From contig ADNK01000821.1 in NCBI GenBank assembly GCA_000320545.1, positions 1 through 60,681 of the forward strand: DNA of 60,681 bases, written 5' to 3'. Position 1 is the first letter of the stretch, and each line of letters opens with the position of its first letter. Below, in pieces: positions 46,713 to 58,469 of this stretch. The notes under the pieces were generated by a model. That model had not been told where the DNA came from and searched no databases. It saw only the letters and a list, made by a program, of their open reading frames with translations. The position numbers and the translations under genes are program-made. Source of the stretch: Bigelowiella natans CCMP2755 (Eukaryota > Protista > Cercozoa).

Positions 46713-48481
46713 GCACACACACGCACATACACATGCACACCAAACCTTGGACTATTTTGCGAAAGTATGAGGGATCGAGCCCCAACGCCACACCCAGGAG
46801 TGCCTGGAGGAGGAGGACAATCGAAACGGTGCTAAGTTACTACTTTTATATGGATTTATTCACACAAGCGTTTGCTTGGATAAAGAGGCGGGTCTACACG
46901 CACACACAAGCTAAAAAAGGCAGACCTGGTTGATAGCGTTGTGCGCCACGACGAGAATGTTGCTGCTTTCATCGTCTCCACGCAGTATCTACCAAGAAGA
47001 GGAATGAGTGGTCTCCTGACACGCTTCAAAGCTACCATGTTGTGGGCTGGGATGTGAGCATACCCTTTGCCATGCGACGGAGGCTCTGTACCTGAGTATT
47101 GCGGCAAGGAGAGGGGGGTGGTGATGATGGTGATGATGATGGTGATGATGATGGTGATGATGATGGTGATGATGATGGTGATGATGATGGTGATGATGAT
47201 GGAAAAGGTGGTGGTGGGAATAACAGCACAACGCTGACTACGTTGCTGTTGTCACCGTGCCGCTTCTATTTTGTTCCTCTTCCTCATTCCGTCAGCATCA
47301 GGATATCGGCTTATGCTGGAAATAGGAAAGTCTTACCATAACTCGACGACTGGCTTGTGGTCGTCAATGATGAAGCTTTCGGGGGACCTACAAGACAGGA
47401 GCATGAGAAGGGTATTAATGGGGGATGATACAGGAGGTCACTCTTACCTTTTCCACGTATCGTATTGGGTTCCATACCGGGCTTTCCCTTCCTCCTTCAT
47501 AAGCCCTAATCCCGTACATCCGGCGTTTGGGGGTGGAGGGGGGGGGGGGGACGAATGGGGGAAAGGAAAACACTGGTACGACTGCTACTGTCAGTTGTAT
47601 CCAATCACAGAGATTTCACATGCGAACACAGCAGCAGCCACACCTTGGAAGCCATAGAGGTCAATCTCTCTTAGACTTGCCAGCTGAGTTCTTATTAAAG
47701 ACCTGAGAACAGATTATGCCGTAATGGGAATTGTTGTCGCTGAGAGGCGACTCTCACCCCGTGATGCTACTGCTACCATTACTACTACTACTACTACTAC
47801 TACTACTACCTACTACTACTACTCCTACCATCATCACATGGGTGAAACAGACAACAAATAATGATTAGCCTTGACGATGAATATCCCCCCCCTCTATGAC
47901 ACAGCCTGATTTCGGTCGATATAGAGGGGGAAAGTGTATCGGTGTTAGCTGTGCCGTGCAGTTTTTCGTGAGACAAGCTTATTTATCTGAATTTGGTTAC
48001 GCTTAATGCTACTACTACTACTACTACTACTACTATGATTACGACTACTGCTGCTACTACTACTGCTACTGCTACTGCATACATGTCAAATTGACTTGCT
48101 TCGCAGATTATATCTGCCGTTTGTACTACACGCGATAAGGGGCTCTGACGATTAAAAGATAAAATTGATGCAGGTCATCATCACCAGGCAATTACTGTCA
48201 AAATCTAGAGATACTACCAGCACTTATCAACCATCGTCATCAATTGACTCTGCTTCGATTATAGCTTTCACCGCATGTACAACATACATCGTTGTAGGAA
48301 ACAACCTGATAAACCGAGTCAAATCGCTCCGCCGAGAGCATTCTTCCAGTTGCTTCAGCCTACGAAATATCATGAGACAGCGTGTTGACGGTAATGACGG
48401 GGAGGATGAGGATGATGATGTTGACAATAATTGTAAGCAATACATCCTTCACCCCGTCTCTCTCCTCTATTTCCTCTATTT

Positions 48482-48557
<76 letters not shown>

Positions 48558-49236
48558 GTGTATTTGCAAGACAAGCAAGACCTGGTGTTTTCCTTTGTCT
48601 GTAAGAACAGAGAAGTCGGAGGAACCTGTGGATATGAATGTGGCATATCTGTGTGTATATGATGATGACGATGATTAGAAGGAAAAGGAATAGAAAGAGG
48701 AAGAAGAGAAAAGAAGAATATTTCCGAGGAGAAACAGCCTGGAGTAGTGAATGATCACGAGAACGATGGCAACTACAATTATCTCCACGATAATGAGAGA
48801 GCGACAACGATATCGACGACGATATGTAAGTTAGAGCAACGTCTAGTTTTTGTCGTAGTGATGAGAACAGTAGGTCGCGGTGTAAGCTGTATCCGGTGTT
48901 TGTAGACTCGTTTGAGGATGTTAATTTCAGTTATCTTTGTGTTAACCTTGAATGCGCCCAATTTTGTTCCACGTGCTCTGCCCGTGCCTGGAAAAGGGCA
49001 GTTTATTCGCAGGGAAAGTAGCAATAGGCAGACAGACATTTGTGTATGTAAAATGCTTGAATTTGTTGCATATATATATATGGAAAAATCTTTATGAAAG
49101 TAAGGGTAGTAGCGAGAGATATCATGGTCTACCTGACCAATACGACACGCTTTCGACCAGAAATATTGGGAATTGGGAGGGGTGGAAGGTCCCTGGATAA
49201 TGATGCCATGCAACAGGGCAACAAGGAGAGAAAGGG

Positions 49237-49269
<33 letters not shown>

Positions 49270-49682
49270 CGCCGATGACGATGATGATGATACGCGGACG
49301 TCGCAAACAAATTAAGCTTCAATGATGATATGTTTACTTGCGGTCGTTCTCTCCCGTCCACAAGTCTACCACCTCCTCGCCTCTGCTATTTGCACGTAGC
49401 TTGTTCAATCCTCGCTGCTTTGGCCTTAGCCGAATATTGGATCAAGTCAGTTGCCGTGGCTGCGCGTACGATTGATTTCGAAAACTGTAATATTAGTTAA
49501 GACAACAAGCGATTGGACGCCTAAATTTAGCTAACTCCTTACCTGATTCCCATGCTAAGACGTCTACCTCTCCTGTGAGCGAAGGTGCGAAGCGAATTCG
49601 TCTTTGTCGCCGCAATCGTCGTCGTCGAGAGCGTAAGATGCACATAAAGAAGGGCCGTCCAAATCATCGTAGATCCCCCCAT
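43945..49682 (-). CDS. Histidine phosphatase (PGM family), 2-carboxy-D-arabinitol-1-phosphatase-like, with bipartite plastid-type leader
   Basis: LPPLP..RKRVVLVRHGQSTWNKIGRIQGSSDFSVLTDKG, SPLSRVVQTA, LREIDLYGFQGL, PVVELWYRA, LVVAHNAINQALLGVALGLDPSYFR. The 3' exons are less certain, and there is an in-frame TGA in exon 2 (see findings). Confidence 0.85.
47119..47201. repeat. Intronic 12-bp tandem repeat (GGTGATGATGAT)n
   Basis: About 6-7 consecutive copies are visible. Confidence 0.9.
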
Positions 49683-50808
49683 CAGTACTATCTAAGCGAT
49701 ACTACCATCACCAACATCGCCATTGTCATCATCAATCTCATCGTATGAAACAAAGGAGGTGGCACACCTACGAGCCGAACGTCGGGTGCACTCAGACAGA
49801 GCCGGATGTGTTTTTATCCTGCGACAAGGAAAATTTTCCTTTTTTGGGCGATAATCCAGGGCGTTTTCGCCACACATCGCTTGGCACCGCTTCTTCTATT
49901 GCCGATGAATGTCGATGAGTGAGTCCGCCCTGTGGCGCAGCATTCGGAACCACACTCGGACCACGTCTGGAACAGGTAGAAGTGGTGCTATACTCATAGC
50001 GACATCGAGGAACAGTAAGAATACTCGTGTGAGTCTTTGTGAGCATCAGCACTTCCATTTCTGCTTTATGCGTGCCGTCAAAACAATGGCCACCGACCGT
50101 GGAGTGTGAATTCTCGACCGATGTCATGGACACTTTGAAAACTTCTAAATCCAACCGCAATGTCTTCAATGATCGATCATCTGCTTCAGCTTATTACACG
50201 CATGGTAGGCAGTTGCAGCAGCTACAAAAGATCGTCATGCAACACGTCTAAGTTGTCTAGATGTGTGGCGCAGCTGTTCGTTCCACGAGCGAGTTTCGAT
50301 TTATAATTTGCTCATTGCTCAGCTCTTGAAAGCAATGCTGCACATGGACACACTAATTAAACGTATCGTGAGTACACATCTGGATGCTGTACATGTAGAG
50401 AGCGCCACGGGCACCATCAAAGAAAATCATAGAACACAAGAACGCTAAGTTAACATGCAACGGCCAAATATGTGCTGCATGCAAAAATTGCGAACATGTG
50501 TATATCTATCTAGATATTTTCATGACTCATGATGCCCACGGCAAAGGAAATTATGGATATAACATGATGTATAATATAAAATACAACTTTGAAATCTTGA
50601 GATAAGAAGTGAAGTGGGTTCAAACAGCAATCGCCCTAAACTCTGAATTGTGGAGCAACTTCATGTAGTAGCACTTGCATTAAGGTTGTGACAACTCATT
50701 TCTCTAGCAGCGATAAATGCATCACCAAAGCTGAAAGAGTGCATCGTGCCAAATACGCACCATCGAGGTTCGGGCTTTTAGATTCAAAGCAAAGCCACAT
50801 TACCAGAG

Positions 50809-53043
50809 TCACCTTCGCCTCCTGGTGAAATTACCGAAAAATATATATATATATACAGTAAAAAAGAGGTTATAACCCTAAGTACTTTGCAGGAACACGT
50901 GTATACATAATCGAAGGCAGTATTTGTCAACGAAACCTTGATCTAGATCTAGATCGATCCCGCCTACGACGTCGATCGCGTGAGTCGCTCCTGAAGTTAC
51001 CACGAATTTACATCATTTTTCTCTCGCGCTTTCTATCGTTGCTACTACGACTACTAGAATCCTTTTGCTAGTAGCACTACTTCTTCTTCTTCTTCTTCTT
51101 CTTCTACTACTACTACTATTACTACTATATTTTAGCGCATGCATGATTATTGGCACCTGTCACGTCTCCTTCGACGATCTCTGCGATCACGGTCTCGATG
51201 GTCTCTCTCTCGACGGTCACGGTCTCCTCTTCGCCTGTCTCTGTCTCTGTCTCTGTCCCTGTCGCCACGCTCTCTGCTCCTGTCCCGATTATTACCGGAG
51301 GAACGCCCATCCCCATTTTTTTGTCTCCTGACGATGGGAAAGAGTGATGGGTTCAACGGCAGGTGATGCGATAAGTAATCTGCCACCGTGCGGAAGACTC
51401 CTCTTTTTTTGGAATGCATTTGGTGTTTCAGACGACTTTTTCTTTTCTCTTTGTTACTACTACCATCACTACTACTGATAATGATAATGGTGATGATAAT
51501 TTTCGTGATGCACTACATAGGTCTCCAGTCGCTTGGACGCTCGCCAACATCCTTTTTTAGTTCCTCCAACTTTGCTCGGATTGCCGTCCACCCCTTGAAG
51601 TTTGTAGCGAATAGGTAGTAGGAGTAGTAAGTAGTAGTAGTAATAATAGTATGTCAGTTCTCCATTGAGCGTTTTGTTATACCGCTCTTGTTTCTCCATA
51701 CCGTATAATGCCTGCCAGCATAATGGCGAGCTTTTCTATCTTCTGTGTCCGTGCTGCACAAGAGATTCCCACTGACCTATAGGGAGGTGTGAAAAAGAAG
51801 GGACGGTGAAGCTTGAAGGCTTATTCGCGTACTCAATTTGCTGTGAATTATCTACGCGCATATTCAAGTATTCGGTTGGGTAGGGAGTTGACCTCACAGA
51901 CAACGAGGCTCCTATTTGGAAAGCTTCGTGGCTTGTCAGGCTTCTTGATTTGGTCAATTTGAAACTTCAGTGCCTCGACCTAATTAACGTTTGTGTCAGT
52001 GAGAATGCGTATATGACCTCGAGGCTTCTGCGTCACCTTTTCGCCAACTGCTTTGGATTTTTCAACCTCCCCGTTTTCTCCAAGTCTCTCTGCCTCGACA
52101 ACCAATTCATCTATTTCGGCAGTAAGCTTCAGGACCTACGAGGAAGACAAGTAGAGGCAGGAAGGTGATTGTCAGATATGCGGCTGTCACGGATCCTAGT
52201 GTTTGTTGAGAGTAGCACCCTCTCCTGTTCTTCCTCGCTCAATTTCTTTTCTGGAGGCGGTTCCTCGGCTTTCTCGGCCACTCTGAGTTTCATAGATTCC
52301 AAGATCACATCTATTGGCTTGCATATCGGAAGAATCACGTAACCTTTTTTTCTCTGAAGCAATTGTTGCATCGCACTCTTTCACTAGTTTGTCTAGCCAT
52401 TCGAGCAAATCGTACTCATAGCCATACTCTTTCCTCTCTTCTGGATCAAGATTTTCCCACTCTTGCTTGCACCTTTGCGAGGAAGAATAATAGCTCATTA
52501 CATAAGTCGGCAAAGCAGGGATCCAGGAATAGATGCAAACCTCAGGTCGTGCTCAGAACCCGCTCTGTGTTCTCCAGTGAGAACTTCGCTCTTTGTCTGA
52601 GCAAGAGTTTCAATTGGACATAAGCCGCAGAGGAAAGGCTTGCAGATGCTCCTGTCATGGAACTTCCGACGAAACTTTTCTCGATCCTGATGATAGCCAA
52701 TGTGAGGACATTGCGAAATTATGGCACATTCGAATGCAACCTCGAGTGCAGCATTCCGCTCTGCTCCCATAAGGGAATCAAGGAGGGCTCGTTGAGCGTC
52801 CTGCAACGTATATCAACGGCTAATGAGTAAACAAGGACAGCCCAATTCAAAAAGGCAGATTTGTTCCGCAATCTCATCGAAGTTATGTTCTTTTTCGACT
52901 AAACCACCGTATACTGACAAAAGCACTGTATTCAAACACCGTCCAACTATCATTGATCTATATTTATTAGGGATGGCACCCATTGGGTCACGTATTAAGG
53001 AGGCTTAAACATTTTCGCAACGAGAAAGGGGCGCACTCACCAT
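50809..53043 (-). CDS. LUC7: LUC7-like U1 snRNP-associated splicing factor; first coding exon contains only the ATG
   Basis: M|DAQRALLDSLMG, ICKPFLCGLCP, YGYEYD, AERLGENGEVEKS, VCEVSGN..HYAGRHYTGW, RS/RD-rich tail. Confidence 0.9.
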
Positions 53044-54045
53044 CGTGTTCGGTCTCTCCGGACGATTTGGAGTGTGGTGAACGCAGGCTATTTATACATT
53101 ACGACAATAAATTTAGATGCTTTTCTTCTAGATTCTTCTTTGAAACAACGGGGAGAGGGACATCGATGGCGGAAAATCTGACTGAGAGCGTGTTTCCAGG
53201 ATGATTTCCTATAGGATTTTCCAAATTTCTCGGCTTTTGCTGCCCAGAGAGCAAATAAAGAACTCGATAACACCAAGAATATTGGATGAATTTTTGACTT
53301 TCTAAGAGAGGGCAGTCCTTGTCTTTCGTGCAGGGATTGATGAATATGTGAATCTGCACACCGAGGCCATTTCTTATCGGGGGAAATTCCACTATTGGAG
53401 AAAGAAGAGCCACGAGCATTCGCCGAGGATAGATGAGATGATGTCGAGAAAATCCCTTTTGACTGCTCCTCCTGCACGTGCACACTGGTGACAAGGTTTT
53501 GATGAGGGGAGGGGACGAAGTTCAAGAATGACAACATTCCTTCTTCTTCTCGTGTTTCACGACTCTCTCTCTCTCTCATCCGCCTCGCGATGCACGTGCC
53601 CTCTCCCAAGCTAGCAAGCTAGCACTCGCAAGCTGCCATGGCACGTGGACCTGCTAGACACATGTGCGTGTGTCATTGTGCGCTCACGTGTCGCATGTGC
53701 GAGACGCACAGATGTGTGACAGATGACAAAATGAATCACATTCCATCAATGGTGATCATGGAGCTGCGCAATGATCTAGCAATGCAAACCAGGCACTTTT
53801 TGGCAAGTTTGTGCGCACGGTGCATTGAGCCATTTGCACAGTTTGGCACCTCTGAACCTCATCAGCTACACATCTAGACATGCAGCGATGCGTTGAAAAG
53901 TTAGCGACAAATCAAAGGATTGATTGCACTGCGTGCTGCACACAACACAGCCGGCAACGACGCGTGTAATTCTAAATGTTACGTTGCGTTGCATGACACG
54001 CGCTTCGCATGCACGATAGCGAATCGTAATTCAGTTGCTATCCCT

Positions 54046-54786
54046 TCAAGATTTTTTGCCTCCCTCATCTTCTGCAGATTTCTTCTTTTTATTAACGGAG
54101 TGCCTCTTTCTCTTCTTGATTTTCCTTTTAAGCTTCGAGGATTCATCCCTCATCTCAAATTCCTCCAGTCGCAACTGACAAAGCAACAAGACTCAGCAAA
54201 CGTGTCATAAAAGTGGGGAGGAATGCGCCTTTTTTGCCGTACGAATAGATTGTACCTTCGCCATTCTTTTAGCTTCTGACACAAACTTGAGTAATTCTAG
54301 GGCTTTCTTCTCCTGCGTGAGAAACAAATTTTTAAATCAACGCGGTTCAGAATCTCAAGATATCAACCAACGAACAACCAACGACCGAATCATTACTTCT
54401 CCTCCTTCCTCTTCTCCTTCCTTCTCTTCCTGAGTCACGATCAACACTCCTTTCCTTATTTTCTTCTTATTCTCTCTCAACCACTGGCCAGTACCTTGAC
54501 ATTATACTTTTCTATCTTTAGCTTGATATGCTCCTCAATCTTCACGAATGCTTTCACATCATACTGCGTACGCCATATGAGAAAAAAAGAAAAATTCAAG
54601 ATCGCCAGTATCAACGATCATCCTCGTCATCATTATCTGCTGCCACCATTTTCTAACGACCTGAGAAACAAGCGTTATGGCTAATCCACCACGACCAGCA
54701 CGCGCTGTACGTCCGACCCTTTGAACGTAGTCCTTTCGTGGAGGGAGAGAGAGAGAAATTGAAAAAGGACACAGACAAAAATATAC

Positions 54787-54830
<44 letters not shown>

Positions 54831-56128
54831 ATACACACACACACACACATACACACACACACACACACATCTGTGTGTGTGTGTGTTGTGTGTTCGTTTG
54901 AGTGCCAGGGTGTCATATTGTTTCGGGTAACTTTCTACTACATGTCCTTCTCACAATCCATCCGTTTTTCTACTTCTTTTTCTAGTATTGTTGTTGTTGT
55001 TGTTGCTGCTGCTGCTGCTGCTGCCGAAGTTGTCTATACCTCCACAGTCCTAGGCAGATCGTAGTTCACGACGAGAGTAACCTGTAGGAGTTGATAAAAT
55101 GGACGGAATAGCATGAATGTATTGAGGATACCATGTCTAATCTACACAACCACGGTCGTCTTCAAACACACGACGGACCTGTGGAATATCAAGTCCTCGG
55201 CTTGCGACATCAGTAGCGACAAGGATCTTACACTGCCCGCCACGAAACTTAGCCAGGGAAGCCAACCTTCAAAATCGATCGATGACGACGATTTAAGGAT
55301 GGTGTTATGATAATGGCGAAGGTAAACATGTTGTGTGTGTGTATGTGTGTGTGTATGTGTGTGTGTGTGTGCGTGCGTGTGTGTGCGTGGGTCTGCAGTT
55401 TGCAGCGCACTACCGTCTTGCTTGGTTTTTCCCAGAATGGAGGCTTTCGCATTCTATCTCCATCTGTGTCAGCACCTGTACGCACAGAACCAAGAAAAAA
55501 TAAGCTACTCGCAACAAACAGATCTTGATCGCAGGAAGGCAGGAGGGTGGCGTGGTAGCCGAAAAAACGACATATATTGGCTTCGTCGATCTTGCAAAAG
55601 TAAAGGAATAGGTCACTGATTACTCTCTTTGCTTCTTGCATCGAAGTATTGTTTTTGCGAAAAATCTTAGTAGAAGTGCTGCATACGTCGCACTACCTCT
55701 ACCTCTACTATTACTGCTGGTTCTACTGCTGCTGCTGTTGCCTATACCTGCGAAAGGAGCTCAGCGCCTTTGCAAGTGGTCGTGAAAATCAATACCGACT
55801 TTTCCTGACGAATGAACAAGTAGCTTTCAAATCACCATGAGGTGGTGGAGAGGATGAAAGCAAGCCCTCTTTTTGTTCTTCGAGTCGTGTGTTGTTGTTT
55901 CACTTCTGTCTATAATTTCATCTTCTGACTGCGACCTACCTCGTGCTCCTGCAAGATGTGCACAAGGTATGTCTCCTTGAGGGGCTGGGGCAGGAATATG
56001 TAGCCCTGTTTCAACTCAGATACCGTTTGAGCCTGTGGTAGAAAGTAGCAGGTATAGCGCCATAAATATATTAATGGCGGGTCATCAATCGTAATAATCA
56101 ATCACCCTTCCTCATTTCAAAAAACAGG

Positions 56129-56166
<38 letters not shown>

Positions 56167-56324
56167 TGTACATATGTAGAAAAGTACACACGGGTTGCAT
56201 TCAAGTATCTACCTCTTCGTCGCTGTTAATTTGGAAGAACTTGGGCTTCGTGCCACAAAGTTTACTAGCTTTCTCGTTTATTTGCTTTTTGGTATGATGA
56301 ATGCATATCAACGCGCACGCATAC

Positions 56325-56364
<40 letters not shown>

Positions 56365-57480
56365 CGAATCCACCCGAAATTACTGTAATAAGCAAATACA
56401 CAGGTGCTACAACAATAACCATCACCATGATAATCACTATCGTCATTATCACCGTTATCATCATCATCCCCCCAAAGCTCTACCTACCAAAAATTCGTAT
56501 CATTTGATACCTTTGTCAATGTTGCAGAGAAAAATAGCGTTTGTCGGTGCTTTGGGATAGGTAGTGACTCAAAGATAACTGAAAGGTCTTGATCAAAAGA
56601 GTCATTAAAGAGTCGATCCTGCACAACGGGCATGGGTGGGAAGAGAACGTTATATTTAGTTGTCGCAAGCTGTTGTTGGGAATAGTCGAAGGAGAACCGC
56701 TTCGTCCAAGACCAGAAACTTGAGGTGTTTGACATTGAGATTGGCTGCGTCCCTCGTGTGTGCAGCAAGCCTTCCCGGTGCTAATGATTTTGATTTGATT
56801 TGAAAGAAATCATATTTTTAGCGACTGGATAATCAAGAGGGCTTACTTGATACGACAATGTGCGGAGCACGCCCAAGTTTCGTTGCTTCTTTGACAATGT
56901 CAGTTCCACCGACCACGACCTGAACCCTCACATTCATACCAGCCCCGAATGCGTTCAGCTGCTCGGCAATCTGAAATGCCAGCTCCCTGGGGGGGGGGGG
57001 GGGGGGAGGGGGAATCATCGTGTCGTCTGTGAGGGTAGCACCTTCATCAAGACCATCAACATACCTGGTTGGAGTAAGAATATAGGCGAAAATTCCGTAC
57101 GGATCCATAGAGAGAGAGTCGAGTATTGGTAGTCCGAAGGCTGCAGTTTTACCTTAATGTTGTTTAAGGGCGAAGTAAGAGCAAGACGTAAAAAGAAGCC
57201 CAGACTAAAGTCATCGTACCGCTTCCAGTTTTCGCTCTTGCTATAACATTCTCCCCTTTCATGATCGCTGGAATCGCCAACCTCTGGATATCTGTCGGTC
57301 TTTGGATGCCCATCTCTCTGCATGCATCGCAGAGCCCCCTAAAACAACGTAAACAGATAATCAGTCGTCCCTCGTGAGCAAGGAGGTCATCTGAGCCACT
57401 GGGAATTTAGTTTGTTAAATAATGCACTTTGACACTCCCCGATCACGAAGTGAGGTGGCTGTTGCGGAGGAACTAGTCAT
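54046..57480 (-). CDS. DDX49: DEAD-box RNA helicase DDX49/Dbp8, multi-exon
   Basis: Q motif, [80 protein letters not shown]. Confidence 0.9.
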
Positions 57481-58469
57481 GAAAAGGAGAGGGCAGAAGG
57501 GGCCGAGCGGCTCGAGCGAATTCCGATCGTTCTGCGGGGCTGTCAACAGGAAGGGGGTTACAGTTGCGACTTGGTATTTTATAAGTCTCAGCGATGATTC
57601 CCCTTTAAATTTATATAAACAAGTTTTTGTGTTCCACTGGTTGTCTCTGAATCAAATGGTGGCTAATTTATTCCCATGAATCGCGCGAGGTCCGCACAAA
57701 AAACGCAGAATGTTTTGATCTGGCGCCTTTCCCGCCGGAATTAAATTCTTGGCCGAGAACGCTGTGCACATCGTGGCGGAGGTACGAGCAAAATATCGCT
57801 TTCTGGTGGTCCGTTGAGCAATTTTCGCAGCTTTTAAATTGAGAAAAACAATGCGATTTTGATAGAAAACTATAAAATCCCGATACTACCGGGATCCCTT
57901 GTGCACGTTGCCGATTTCAACCCTTGTCGCAAGGTCGTAATCGGAGTTGACATTTCGGATCTCTGCTCTGTTGGCGTCCCCTCCCGCTATTTGGTGCAAC
58001 TTTCTCTCTCCTTCCCTCCCCAACTAAGCATCACAAAACCAAAATCTTACGTGGTGGTAATTGGAAACAATTGTGTTTATTCATTTTGAGATGTAAGCGA
58101 CGCTGGAAGGCATCAACAACAATAGATTCTTTCTTGTCAGCAGGGAACTTGTTCGATTCCTCCGTTGCCCTCAGCACGCAACGGAAAATATTTTCTACTC
58201 GAAATCTGATGTTGCTTTTGATTTCATTATTTAGGTTCCTTTACATTAGAAAAAAGGCGACACCTTCAAAAGCGGATCCCTATGAGTTCCTTGCTGTCTT
58301 TTCGTCGAGGTGTGTTAATTTAAAAGGAAGAAATCTGGGAGAATTTCTGAGAATAGAATAATGTCAATACAAAAATTATGCATGTATAGTTTGTCTTTCA
58401 TTTGAAAGAATTGAGTTGTTTTGGATATTTCCACGTTTGTGTTTATTTATGGGCATGCGCGCGAGTATC

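Noticed and set aside
49442-49444. TGA in the CA1Pase-like gene as selenocysteine
   Set aside because: It lies in a targeting leader rather than at a Cys or redox position, and I saw no SECIS downstream.
53088-53609. 173-aa and 131-aa minus-strand ORFs upstream of LUC7
   Set aside because: No recognisable motifs; local TpA depletion lowers stop-codon frequency and inflates spurious ORFs.
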